Assembly (NCBI GenBank): GCA_964016885.1
Contig: OZ024740.1
Coordinates: 425,196,001 to 425,260,000, forward strand
Length of the DNA: 64,000 nucleotides
Direction of reading: 5' to 3'
Source of the DNA: Eledone cirrhosa
Lineage: Eukaryota
Below are positions 15,222 to 35,260 of the stretch, piece by piece. Numbering within the stretch: the stretch's first letter is position 1; each line of letters opens with the position of its first letter. Both the position numbers and the translations under genes were made by a program. The notes under the pieces are model-generated. The model was not told where the DNA came from. It saw only the letters and a list, made by a program, of their open reading frames with translations, and made no database searches.

Positions 15222-15705
15222 CAAGAAAACGAAAAATCAGTGATGCATCTGGACTTAGTTTATTTCGTGTTCCAAATGTTTCGCCGGCATGTAGCTCGAG
15301 TCATGGTCCTTGTATGGATCTGGCTGATTCTACTTCTGCGGGTTCTTTCAGACACGGGTGTTATGTCCGGAGCAAATTTTATCACTGTTTTATTCGGGAG
15401 AAATCATCAGGAAACAGTTCTAGTCCTGTAGAAGCCTTACTATATTATATATTTATACACTTCTTTGTATTGAGTACCTTTCTTACTGTGGTTACCCCCC
15501 GATTGAACCCGGGTTAAACTTATATATATATATAGTTGAAAATAGCAAACTTGACGGTCACCACTGAATATGAACCTGAAGTTGGCGAAAGCATAAAAGT
15601 ACTTGTTCAATTAACATTTAACATTTAATACTCTACCATACTATTTCATTATAATATCATTATAATGTTAAATGAGTAAATCAGACAAAGTTGGAATTCC
15701 TTTTA

Positions 15706-15748
<43 letters not shown>

Positions 15749-15880
15749 GTTAAACAAGATTCAATGAGTATATCAAAGAATGAGTTTTACAGTAGATTGG
15801 AAGCACTCTATGAAAAATAATTTTCCAGAGTTATTAATATTAAAATACAAATATTAATAAAATAGATGTTCTTTTGATGA

Positions 15881-15943
15881 ATTACATTTTATTATACATA
15901 TTTCGGACGTACAACAGTACGTCCTCATCAGACAAAATATAAT
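15881..15943 (-). ncRNA. Type I hammerhead ribozyme motif (mirror of 16047-16109)
   Basis: Reverse complement of the plus-strand motif. Confidence 0.85.
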
Positions 15944-16046
15944 GATACATGACTACCCTGAGATGTTAAATGGTTAAGATTTAATGAAGGTAGGACTACC
16001 TTCATTAAATCTTAACCATTTAACATCTCAGGGTATGTCATGTATC

Positions 16047-16109
16047 ATTATATTTTGTCTGATGAGGACGTACTGTTGTACGTCCGAAATATGTATAATA
16101 AAATGTAAT
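16047..16109 (+). ncRNA. Type I hammerhead ribozyme motif, canonical core
   Basis: ATTATATTTTGT-CTGATGA-GGACGTAC(TGTT)GTACGTCC-GAAA-TATGTA-TA-ATAAAATGTAAT: 12-bp stem I (2 GU), 8-bp stem II, short near-palindromic stem III, AUA site. Confidence 0.85.
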
Positions 16110-16164
16110 TCATCAAAAGAACATCTATTTTATTAATATTTGTATTTAAATATATATATATATA

Positions 16165-16235
16165 TATGGAAAAATACTGGAAGGATTGTTATCAAATTTG
16201 TCGTTGAGATCTACAGCGGTCTGTAAACTGGAAGT
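16165..16235 (+). mobile_element. Tiny CR1/L2-like LINE fragment
   Basis: Translates with a frameshift to about YIWKILEGL..NF, similar to VIYMWKILEGLAPNF in the LINE at 19771-21207. Confidence 0.4.
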
Positions 16236-16422
16236 CATACTTTAGCGTCAGAGATTCTACCCCTCCTATCTAGAGTTAGAACGATATACTGAAATAGTTG
16301 ATAGTTCAAAGGCTTACTGATTTTCAATATCCACATCAAAATGGTAAGTTCTACACGGACATGTTGTAAAGGGACACACACGCACATATGTATATATATG
16401 CGCGTGTGTATGTGGGTATCTG

Positions 16423-16500
<78 letters not shown>

Positions 16501-16540
16501 TAAATAACAGTCAAATAATTAAAATTTAGCTTCGTTTATT

Positions 16541-16595
16541 ACTGCTATATATATTTCAGTGACAGCCATCTTTGGCTGTGACCTCTTCAGGCAGT
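16541..16595 (-). ncRNA. Type I hammerhead ribozyme motif within the (TA)n-flanked insert 16497-16720
   Basis: Minus strand: ACTGC-CTGAAGA-GGTCACAGCCA(AAGA)TGGCTGTCACT-GAAA-TATATA-TA-GCAGT; perfect 5-bp stem I, long stem II. Confidence 0.8.
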
Positions 16596-16717
16596 TTGAA
16601 TTAGTATGGTATAGACAAGTACATATGTTGTTTAGGTGTATAATATTGTCAATACTCTGATATGCCCAGTTCCTTGTTGGGTTGTTATTTCACTGAGGAA
16701 CTGATATGACTCCAGTT

Positions 16718-16759
<42 letters not shown>

Positions 16760-17102
16760 TACACATACACATACCTACATACCCACACACACATACATGT
16801 ATATGAAAGTATGTATGACCGTACATATTGGGGATTGATGGAGATGCCGGAAAAGTATGTATACAATTATGTAAGATACATTCTACTAAATCTTCATGTT
16901 ATATACATCAGTTACATACATTCTATTGCTGAGTGTATATTACATAACAACACGTATACACGTATACAGGCATACATACATGTATACACGTATACAAGCA
17001 TAGAGGCATAGATACATACACGTTTAAAGGCATACAAGTATACACGTATAAATCTTTGTATATGGATATATATATACATCTATATTATATATATATGTAC
17101 AC

Positions 17103-17215
<113 letters not shown>

Positions 17216-17234
17216 TATATATCTATCTATCTCT

Positions 17235-17870
17235 AAGGCGGGTAAAATTCCCGAGATCCATGGACGAGTTCTCTCCAGCGGTCTCTGACCCTCATTATCG
17301 CTGCCATGTTCTGCATCTCCAACAGACCAGTGTCTGTCCTTAGGGCATCAACATACGTTAACCTTGGTCTTCCTCTTCTAGTATGTCCATATAGGGGCTC
17401 CCACAGGAGCACTGAGTGCAATGTCAACACTGGGTGTCGGTGAGGATGTCCAGCTAACCTCAGTCTCCTCTGTGTCACTTTTTAGCTGACTTTAGGGATG
17501 CTCCCATACAGCTTTGAGTTGTTCATCCTCAGTGTATACTGATTAATGTTCAGAGCCATCCTCAGCATTCTCGTGTAGCACCTATCCACCATCTGAGTGA
17601 GTTTCTTGGTCAGTGTCCAAGTCTCAGACCCGTACAGCAACACAGACTCCACTACAGCAATGAAGAGGCGGATCTTCAGGTCTTTACGAAGGTCCGTCTT
17701 CCACACCTATCTCAAGCTGTGGCACGCCGCCCAGGCTTTGCTCTTCCTCTCAACCACATCATCCTCCGTATTCCCAATCTTTGCTCCCAAATACAGGAAG
17801 CCCTCAACCAATTCTAGCGGCTTCCCGCCTACATTAGTCATCCCCTCTGGCTTCTCAACATTCTCTACCA
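17235..17870 (-). mobile_element. RTE/RTEX-like LINE 3' fragment (RT C-terminus, frameshifted)
   Basis: KIRLFIAVVESVLLYGSETWTLTKK...YTRMLRMALNI...QRRLRLAGH...[13 protein letters not shown]. Confidence 0.85.
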
Positions 17871-17871
17871 T

Positions 17872-17991
<120 letters not shown>

Positions 17992-18080
17992 CTCGAAACC
18001 GTTCGGTAAAGGTAACCATAGCAGGTAGAGTGAATTTTTAAAAATATATTTAAAAACTTTTTCTTATTTGCTAAACCTTG

Positions 18081-18131
<51 letters not shown>

Positions 18132-18216
18132 ATTTATGTATTTATGTATGTATAAGGAAACAGAAACATAACAGGCATGTCCGCACACAGACACACACAC
18201 ATACATACACACACAG

Positions 18217-18249
<33 letters not shown>

Positions 18250-18339
18250 ATGTGTAAGCATGAGCATCTGGATATAGAAATGTGTGGAATTTATATTCGA
18301 CAAGGGATACGACATATGCGTCATATTTGTAAATATGTC

Positions 18340-19770
<1,431 letters not shown>

Positions 19771-19771
<1 letters not shown>

Positions 19772-21207
19772 CTCTTTTACTCTTTTACTCTTTTACCTGT
19801 TTCAGCCATCCGGCTGAGGCCATGCTGGGGCACCGCCCTTGCTGCTACACACTTTATCTCCAGCCTGTATAGGTTGGCCACTGGTGTAGGAGGGAGTTTG
19901 TTGCTGCTGCCCTTAGGTTTCCCTCGTGTCTTGCTGTGGGCTCATCCGGGATCCTGGATAACAAGGTGTCGAGATGTTTCTTAAAGACATCCACCTCCAC
20001 GTCATGCAAGTCTCGCAGATGCCTCGGCAGCCTGTTGAAGAGTTGAGGGCCCTTGAATCCCAGGCTATTGCAATACCTGCTCCTTATTCTAGATGTGGAA
20101 GACGGGACCTTTGGCACCACACAGTGACGTCCTGTTCGACGGTTGGTCCAGCTCCCAATGCCAAAGTTTGGTGCTAGTCCCTCCAGGATTTTCCACATGT
20201 AGATCACTGCGTATCTCTCCCGTCTTCGCTCCAAGGAGTAGAGGTTCAGTTCCTTCAGCCTCTCCCAGTAGCTTGTCTCCCTCATCTTGGCAATCCTCTT
20301 GGTGTAGCTTCGCTGGATTGCCTCAAGCTCTGTGGTTAGTTTGACACTATGGGGTGACCACAGCTGGGAGCAGTAGTCCAGGCGGCTTAGGACAAAAGTC
20401 CTCCACAGTGTCAACATGGTGTCTCGATCTCTTGTAAGGAAAGTCCTCAAGATCCAGCCAGCGAATCGTCTACATGCTGTCGCCACCTTCATGATGTGTG
20501 AAGAAAAAGATGCATCATCGCTCATGTCTATGCCCAGGTCTCGTATCGATTTTGACACGGGGATATCGGTCCCTCCTGGTCCTGTGTAGCTGTGTTCCGC
20601 TATATTTGTGTTTGTGTTTGCAGGTTTGTATTGTAGGGCTTGGAATTTGCCAGCATTAAACTGCATGTTGTTTTCTTCCGCCCATCTGTATATGGCATCC
20701 AGATCCTGCTGTAAGAGGGCAGTGTCAGCCGGGTTTTTGATTGCCTGTGCTACCTTAGTGTCATCAGCATAGCTAGTGAGGGATGTTGTTGCATGCACCA
20801 CAGAGGGCATGTCCGAGAGAGCCACCAAAAACAGTAGTGGTCCCAGGACTGTCCCCTGAGTCACCCCACTTGTTATCGGCGTTTCCCTCGAGAGAGCCCC
20901 ATTTGCTGCGACTGCCTGGCTTCTGTCCCTCAGGAAGCCATGCAGCCACTCACCTACTTTTCCAGTTATGCCGAGTCAGTGTAGTTTGTGACATATCATT
21001 CCGTGGTCGACCTTGTCAAAGGCCTTCGCAAAGTCAAGATATATCACGTCTACATGTGAGCTGTCTAGTAGCTGTCTCAGTACCCAGTCGTAGTGATGTA
21101 GCAGCTGTGTAAGGCAGCTTCTTCCTGGGCGGAAGCCATGTTGCGTGCTAGTCAGGCGGTCATTTTCTTCGAGGAAAGTGATTAGTTTCTTTCTGACGAC
21201 TCGCTCC
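19771..21207 (-). mobile_element. CR1/L2-superclade LINE: RT domain to 3' end with (AAAAGAGT)n tail; 5' part lost in the assembly gap
   Basis: QHGFRPGRSC, YLDFAKAFDKVDH, QGTVLGPLLF, YADDTK, LDYCSQLWSP, LYSLERRRER motifs; tail CTCTTTTA x3 on plus. Confidence 0.92.
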
Positions 21208-21407
21208 NNNNNNNNNNNNNNNNNNNNNNNNNNNNNNNNNNNNNNNNNNNNNNNNNNNNNNNNNNNNNNNNNNNNNNNNNNNNNNNNNNNNNNNNNNNNN
21301 NNNNNNNNNNNNNNNNNNNNNNNNNNNNNNNNNNNNNNNNNNNNNNNNNNNNNNNNNNNNNNNNNNNNNNNNNNNNNNNNNNNNNNNNNNNNNNNNNNNN
21401 NNNNNNN
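21208..21407. other. Assembly gap (200 N)
   Basis: Run of N. Confidence 1.
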
Positions 21408-27425
<6,018 letters not shown>

Positions 27426-27527
27426 GAATATAGACATAGAATATTCGAAAATATTCTGTATGTTTATAATAAACATTTTGAAGACCTAATCGCTATAGAA
27501 TAGAATACGTCACGTATTACAATTAGA

Positions 27528-27614
27528 TTCTCGATAAAAGCAAGGGAAGTAATCTACGCGTTTCATTCTAGTTAGAAATCATCAGGACTACATATCCAGT
27601 GCTTTTATCGAGAA
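27528..27614 (-). ncRNA. Type I hammerhead ribozyme motif (copy 1)
   Basis: Reverse complement of 28374-28460. Confidence 0.85.
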
Positions 27615-27837
27615 TGACACAGCTAGAGACTTATAGAATACTTAGCTGTGTACAGGAACTGGTTTGAAAGAGCGGTTGCCGGTCCGGCAGAAATTAGAAA
27701 TTGGAATAAATGCTCTGAAATAGCGATATATATGTGATTATAGACATAGAATATTCGAAAATATTCTGTATGTTTATAATAAACATTTTGAAGACCTAAT
27801 CGCTATAGAATAGAATACGTCACGTATTACAATTAGA

Positions 27838-27924
27838 TTCTCGATAAAAGCAAGGGAAGTAATCTACGCGTTTCATTCTAGTTAGAAATCATCAGGACTA
27901 CATATCCAGTGCTTTTATCGAGAA
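27838..27924 (-). ncRNA. Type I hammerhead ribozyme motif (copy 2)
   Basis: Identical to copy 1, offset +310. Confidence 0.85.
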
Positions 27925-28147
27925 TGACACAGCTAGAGACTTATAGAATACTTAGCTGTGTACAGGAACTGGTTTGAAAGAGCGGTTGCCGGTCCGGCAG
28001 AAATTAGAAATTGGAATAAATGCTCTGAAATAGCGATATATATGTGAATATAGACATAGAATATTCGAAAATATTCTGTATGTTTATAATAAACATTTTG
28101 AAGACCTAATCGCTATAGAATAGAATACGTCACGTATTACAATTAGA

Positions 28148-28234
28148 TTCTCGATAAAAGCAAGGGAAGTAATCTACGCGTTTCATTCTAGTTAGAAATC
28201 ATCAGGACTACATATCCAGTGCTTTTATCGAGAA
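28148..28234 (-). ncRNA. Type I hammerhead ribozyme motif (copy 3)
   Basis: Identical to copy 1, offset +620. Confidence 0.85.
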
Positions 28235-28373
28235 TATTCTATGTCTATATTCACATATATATCGCTATTTCAGAGCATTTATTCCAATTTCTAATTTCTG
28301 CCGGACCGGCAACCGCTCTTTCAAACCAGTTCCTGTACACAGCTAAGTATTCTATAAGTCTCTAGCTGTGTCA

Positions 28374-28460
28374 TTCTCGATAAAAGCACTGGATATGTAG
28401 TCCTGATGATTTCTAACTAGAATGAAACGCGTAGATTACTTCCCTTGCTTTTATCGAGAA
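28374..28460 (+). ncRNA. Type I hammerhead ribozyme motif (inverted copy)
   Basis: TTCTCGATAAAAGCA-ctggatat-GTAGTC-CTGATGA-T-TTCT(AACT)AGAA-T-GAAA-CGCG-TA-GATTAC-ttccct-TGCTTTTATCGAGAA: 6-bp proximal and 15-bp distal stem I, palindromic stem III ACGCGT, GUA site. Confidence 0.88.
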
Positions 28461-28597
28461 TCTAATTGTAATACGTGACGTATTCTATTCTATAGCGATT
28501 AGGTCTTCAAAATGTTTATTATAAACATACAGAATATTTTCGAATATTCTATGTCTATATTCACATATATATCGCTATTTCAGAGCATTTATTCCAA

Positions 28598-29420
<823 letters not shown>

Positions 29421-29628
29421 TGAGAAAAACCACAGACCCTCCATCTCAACTCACCTTTTGAAAGGCAGAAGAACTGCGAAACCGGTAAAGGAACGAAATA
29501 AATATATATATTTAAAAAAAAAATAAGACTTCAGTTGCATTTTCGATTTCATCTCTTTTTCTTTATACTTTCACTCGTGTAGGACACCTCGGTTATTTTT
29601 CATTTTGTAAAAAAAACCTCACTTTCTA
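29421..29628 (+). mobile_element. (TA)n-flanked ~208-bp element with a variant hammerhead (29454-29491); same family as 36121-36460
   Basis: CCTT-TTGAAAG-GCAG(AAGAA)CTGC-GAAA-CCGG-TA-AAGG; the 3' end CCTCACTTTCTA|(TA)n matches the copy at 36121. Confidence 0.75.
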
Positions 29629-29685
<57 letters not shown>

Positions 29686-29703
29686 GTTTATATATATATA
29701 TAT

Positions 29704-29734
<31 letters not shown>

Positions 29735-30188
29735 CCATATGTATATATATATATATAAATGTATGTATATATATACATATATATATATATATATACATAT
29801 ATACATACGCACTTAAGCATTCCTCCTCAGTACTATAGACATACACTCACAATTGTATGCACGGTGCAGCACACAATTGCATCAAAAGGAACATACTGTT
29901 TCGGTCACAGTATACCCACACGTGCATAAACACACACACTAACGTATACACACACACACACTCATCTAATCACACAAACATTTATTCACGCAGTCACCTA
30001 CAGAATCACATAAACCCATATAAAATTATACACAACACATTGAAAACTTATCTACACGCACGAAACATGCGTTCAAACGTTATATATATATATATATATA
30101 TGCGCATGATTGTATGTTTTTATGTATGCATGTGTGTGTGTGTGTGTATGTATGTATACATGTATGTATACATATATGTATATACGTA

Positions 30189-30247
<59 letters not shown>

Positions 30248-30796
30248 ATGTGTGTGTGTATGTATACATTTAAACATGAATATCTATACATACATATTAT
30301 ATATGTATATATGCATGAATGCATATATGTACGTATGCATATATGTATATATGTATGCATATATGTATATACGTATGTATTTATGTATATATGTATGAAT
30401 GTAAGCTTGTGTGTATGCATGTATGCATATATTTAAGTATGTATATATTTATGTATATATGTATATAGATGCATGCCTGCTTCTATGTATAATGTATATA
30501 TGTATATATTTATTTATGTATGTATATAGATGCATGCCTGTCTCTATGTATAATGTATACGTACTTCCTAACATGACAAAAGATCTTGTGTAGTTGCAAT
30601 TTGATTGACAGTTGCTTAGGTTTGTGACCAGTCTAGGTGAATGTATTCTGCCCACCCCCTTCACCAGACTTACCTATATGCCACAAAATTGTCAAAAGAC
30701 AGACAGATTGATTCACTCGAGGGAAAGTAGAAGTCAACACGTACAAAACAAATGGACAGTCCGTCTCCATAGCTCCCTCACTGAAACATAACAACA

Positions 30797-30797
30797 C

Positions 30798-30850
<53 letters not shown>

Positions 30851-30871
30851 ATATTTATAGTAGTAGTAGTT

Positions 30872-30922
<51 letters not shown>

Positions 30923-30985
30923 ATATTTATAGTAGTAGTAGTTGTAGTAGTAGTAGTAGAAGTAGTAGTGTTGCTGGTGGTGGTA
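30797..30985. repeat. (TAG)n microsatellite
   Basis: Direct. Confidence 0.95.
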
Positions 30986-31296
30986 AAAAAAATAATAATA
31001 ATAATTATGATTTCTTTTATTGGCCATAATAATGCTTTCTTTATTAACCATAATATCAGAATGTTGTTTTTTATTAGTCCTTGAGCTCCTGCATACCAAC
31101 AACAACAACAAATGTTAAACTATGGGGGTTACAAAATAACGTGGTGTCGTGGAGGGCTTGGTTAGATGTTATAAAAGTGATGGGAAGAGGTTATACAATG
31201 AACGCATCAAAAGTTTGATAAAATCACAGAATATATACGAAATTATATAAAACATACAATAACTAAAACAAGACATTTATAAACATAGAAAACATT

Positions 31297-31590
31297 GCGG
31301 AGATGGGTGGCTCAGCGGTAAGGGTGTGCGACTTGCGATCATAATGTCGTGGGTTCGATCCCTGAACCAGGTTGTGTATTACGTCCTTGAGCAAAACACT
31401 GCATTTCACGTTTCTCCACTATACTCGGTTGAATATGAATACCAGTAATAGCTGGGAGTTTAACCCTGTTACAGACTGGCGTCCTGTCCAGGGAGGAATT
31501 CTTGTACTCTCAATTGCTTCACGCCACAGAATCAGAGATAAACATCGCCCCCTGATGAGCAATCCGGGTTCAAGACAGATTTTGGACGTT
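31297..31590 (+). mobile_element. Second tRNA-derived SINE family (CORE-like centre)
   Basis: A box TGGCTCAGCGGT, B box GGTTCGATCCC, GTCCTTGAGCAAAACACT, GACTGGCGTCCTGTCCAGGG; paralogue at 58733-58985. Confidence 0.75.
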
Positions 31591-31616
31591 TTTTAATTTT
31601 TTAGAAAACATATAAG

Positions 31617-34189
31617 GGTACTCAGCCAGCTATGTTATGTTAGTACCTACCTATCTATGTGGACACTGGGTACATTGCTGCCCAGCCAGCTATGTTAGGC
31701 TAGTACCTAGGTATCTATGTGGACACTGGGTACATTGCTGCCCAGCCAACTATGTTAGGCTAGTACCTAGGTATCTACGAGGACACTGGGTACATTGCTG
31801 CCCAGCCAGCTATGTTATGTTAGTACCTAGGTATCTATGTGGACACTGGGTACATTGCTGCCCAGCCAACTATGTTAGGCTAGTACCTAGGTATCTACGA
31901 GGACACTGGGTACATTGCTGCCCAGCCAGCTATGTTAGGCTAGTACCTAGGTATCTATGTGGACACTGGGTACATTGCTGCCCAGCCAACTATGTTAGGC
32001 TAGTACCTAGGTATCTACGAGGACACTGGGTACATTGCTGCCCAGCCAGCTATGTTAGGCTAGTACCTAGGTATCTATGTGGACACTGGGTACATTGCTG
32101 CCCAGCCAACTATGTTAGGCTAGTACCTAGGTATCTATGTGGACACTGGGTACATTGCTGCCCAGCCAGCTATGTTAGGCTAGTACCTAGGTATCTATGT
32201 GGACACTGGGTACATTGCTGCCCAGCCAGCTATGTTAGGCTAGTACCTAGGTATCTATGTGGACACTGGGTACATTGCTGCCCAGCCAACTATGTTAGGC
32301 TAGTACCTAGGTATCTACGAGGACACTGGGTACATTGCTGCCCAGCCAGCTATGTTAGGCTAGTACCTAGGTATCTATGTGGACACTGGGTACATTGCTG
32401 CCCAGCCAACTATGTTAGGCTAGTACCTAGGTATCTATGTGGACACTGGGTACATTGCTGCCCAGCCAACTATGTTAGGCTAGTACCTAGGTATCTATGT
32501 GGACACTGGGTACATTGCTGCCCAGCCAACTATGTTAGGCTAGTACCTAGGTATCTACGAGGACACTGGGTACATTGCTGCCCAGCCAACTATGTTAGGC
32601 TAGTACCTAGGTATCTACGAGGACACTGGGTACATTGCTGCCCAGCCAACTATGTTAGGCTAGTACCTAGGTATCTATGTGGATACTGGGTACATTGCTG
32701 CCCAGCCAACTATGTTAGGCTAGTACCTAGGTATCTATGTGGATACTGGGTACATTGCTGCCCAGCCAACTATGTTAGGCTAGTACCTAGGTATCTATGT
32801 GGACACTGGGTACATTGCTGCCCAGCCAGCTATGTTAGGCTAGTACCTAGGTATCTATGTGGACACTGGGTACATTGCTGCCCAGCCAACTATGTTAGGC
32901 TAGTACCTAGGTATCTATGTGGATACTGGGTACATTGCTGCCCAGCCAACTATGTTAGGCTAGTACCTAGGTATCTACGTGGATACTGGGTACATTGCTG
33001 CCCAGCCAACTATGTTAGGCTAGTACCTAGGTATCTATGTGGATACTGGGTACATTGCTGCCCAGCCAACTATGTTAGGCTAGTACCTAGGTATCTATGT
33101 GGATACTGGGTACATTGCTGCCCAGCCAACTATGTTAGGCTAGTACCTAGGTATCTATGTGGATACTGGGTACATTGCTGCCCAGCCAACTATGTTAGGC
33201 TAGTACCTAGGTATCTACGAGGACACTGGGTACATTGCTGCCCAGCCAACTATGTTAGGCTAGTACCTAGGTATCTACGAGGACACTGGGTACATTGCTG
33301 CCCAGCCAACTATGTTAGGCTAGTACCTAGGTATCTATGTGGATACTGGGTACATTGCTGCCCAGCCAACTATGTTAGGCTAGTACCTAGGTATCTATGT
33401 GGACACTGGGTACATTGCTGCCCAGCCAGCTATGTTAGGCTAGTACCTAGGTATCTATGTGGACACTGGGTACATTGCTGCCCAGCCAACTATGTTAGGC
33501 TAGTACCTAGGTATCTATGTGGATACTGGGTACATTGCTGCCCAGCCAACTATGTTAGGCTAGTACCTAGGTATCTATGTGGATACTGGGTACATTGCTG
33601 CCCAGCCAACTATGTTAGGCTAGTACCTAGGTATCTACGAGGACACTGGGTACATTGCTGCCCAGCCAGCTATGTTAGGCTAGTACCTAGGTATCTATGT
33701 GGACACTGGGTACATTGCTGCCCAGCCAACTATGTTAGGCTAGTACCTAGGTATCTACGAGGACACTGGGTACATTGCTGCCCAGCCAACTATGTTAGGC
33801 TAGTACCTAGGTATCTACGAGGACACTGGGTACATTGCTGCCCAGCCAACTATGTTAGGCTAGTACCTAGGTATCTACGAGGACACTGGGTACATTGCTG
33901 CCCAGCCAACTATGTTAGGCTAGTACCTAGGTATCTACGAGGACACTGGGTACATTGCTGCCCAGCCAACTATGTTAGGCTAGTACCTAGGTATCTACGA
34001 GGACACTGGGTACATTGCTGCCCAGCCAACTATGTTAGGCTAGTACCTAGGTATCTATGTGGACACTGGGTACATTGCTGCCCAGCCAACTATGTTAGGC
34101 TAGTACCTAGGTATCTACGAGGACACTGGGTACATTGCTGCCCAGCCAACTATGTTAGGCTAGTACCTAGGTATCTACGAGGACACTGG
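31617..34189. repeat. 60-bp minisatellite, about 43 near-identical units
   Basis: Unit GGGTACATTGCTGCCCAGCCA(A/G)CTATGTTAGGCTAGTACCTAGGTATCTA(T/C)G(T/A)GGA(C/T)ACT; period exactly 60. Confidence 0.97.
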
Positions 34190-34659
34190 TATCTTGCTGC
34201 CCATTGAAATTGTTATAACCAAAGTGGCCCTTGAGCATCCCCGGGGCATTCTTGAAATTGTACTGTAATAATTAGTTCATAAACAGGTTTCAGCGTTTTA
34301 CTAGAATGTTCTCACTGATGTCATCCATAGAGAGTCCATCTTCTCAATAAATATACTCCTGCCTATTTCTTCTTCCTTCGGTTCTATAAATTCGACGTAA
34401 GGAAACATGGATTCTTCGGCTCACACTTTGTCTTATCTTGGATTTCTTCCCTTACTTATTTTCGGGCCCTTGCTTTCTTCCATGTTCCTTTTACTTTCCC
34501 TATAACCCTGTTCCACAATATATAAAAGATACACAAAAGAAGAGGTATGGTCTAAAACTTGATAGATCTGTTGGTTTGAGGTATATAATCACAACCGAAA
34601 GATGTTTACGGTGTAAGAATCTTCTGAATGTGTACAACCATAGTCCCATCTACTTTTAG

Positions 34660-35260
34660 GTTAAATTTAATGAAACAGCAAAGCTTTTCAGTTAGTTTGG
34701 ATAGAGAGAAACAGAAACAGAAATATCTGCATACTGCTGCTTATATATGACATTGATCGACGTTCAGACACCCTAAGGAGTTTGAGAAGTTTTCTGTCTA
34801 AAACGAATCTTGCACGTATCTTATCATGCAGATCCATGTCACACTTTGAGAAGTGTGTGTCTGCGACGAAATATGTATTGAAAAAAAACAAGAGCAAAGA
34901 ACAAAATCCTGTTCAACATCAACACTGACCTCAAAAAGCAGAGAATTCACTACTCACACAGAAGTTAGCCATTATTCCATCATGAAACGACTCAAAATAT
35001 GAAGAAAACTTTCTGTAGTAGATCGATTTTGTGTCGCCTAGCTTTTTACAGCAATTGTCAAACTTTAGAAATATATTCGTTGTGCATGGCTAGAAGTTGG
35101 CTTGAGATTCAGAAAGCCCTCTTGAAGCTATTCTGGGGAGGAAGAATAGTAAAAGGTTGTGAGCAAGTTATTTTTCCTGCACCATCTAAAACAGATATGC
35201 AAGTGTGGTGCAACGTATCAGCTTTTCTGTTACAGCATCAGAACCATCCATGAGGGTGTG
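34660..35260 (+). pseudogene. Possible highly degenerate L1/Tx1-like LINE fragment
   Basis: WLEIQKALLKLFWGGR resembles the L1/Tx1 'FxFxWxG' post-RT motif; heavily interrupted. Confidence 0.3.

Larger units (their letters stand above)
15743..16150. mobile_element. (TA)n-flanked near-perfect ~300-bp palindrome carrying two divergent hammerheads
   Basis: Arms about 15843-15993 and 15996-16147; centre GGTAG-GA-CTACC. Confidence 0.9.
27426..28597. mobile_element. Retrozyme-like element: about 2.6 tandem 310-bp units followed by about 1.2 inverted units, each unit with a hammerhead
   Basis: TAGACATAGA recurs at 27431, 27741 and 28051 (period 310); orientation flips at about 28232; both ends abut (TA)n. 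Confidence 0.92.

Noticed and set aside
15565-15600. CTGAATA...GAAA in a TA-flanked island
   Set aside because: Core mismatch and no convincing stems; at most a decayed relic
31550-31575. CTGATGAG in the SINE tail
   Set aside because: No downstream GAAA or stem III; part of the SINE 3' region
31617-34189. CRISPR array, or an 856-aa Cys/His repeat protein gene
   Set aside because: No unique spacers and a eukaryotic context; the ORF follows from a 60-bp period with one stop-free frame, and there is no non-repeat coding flank
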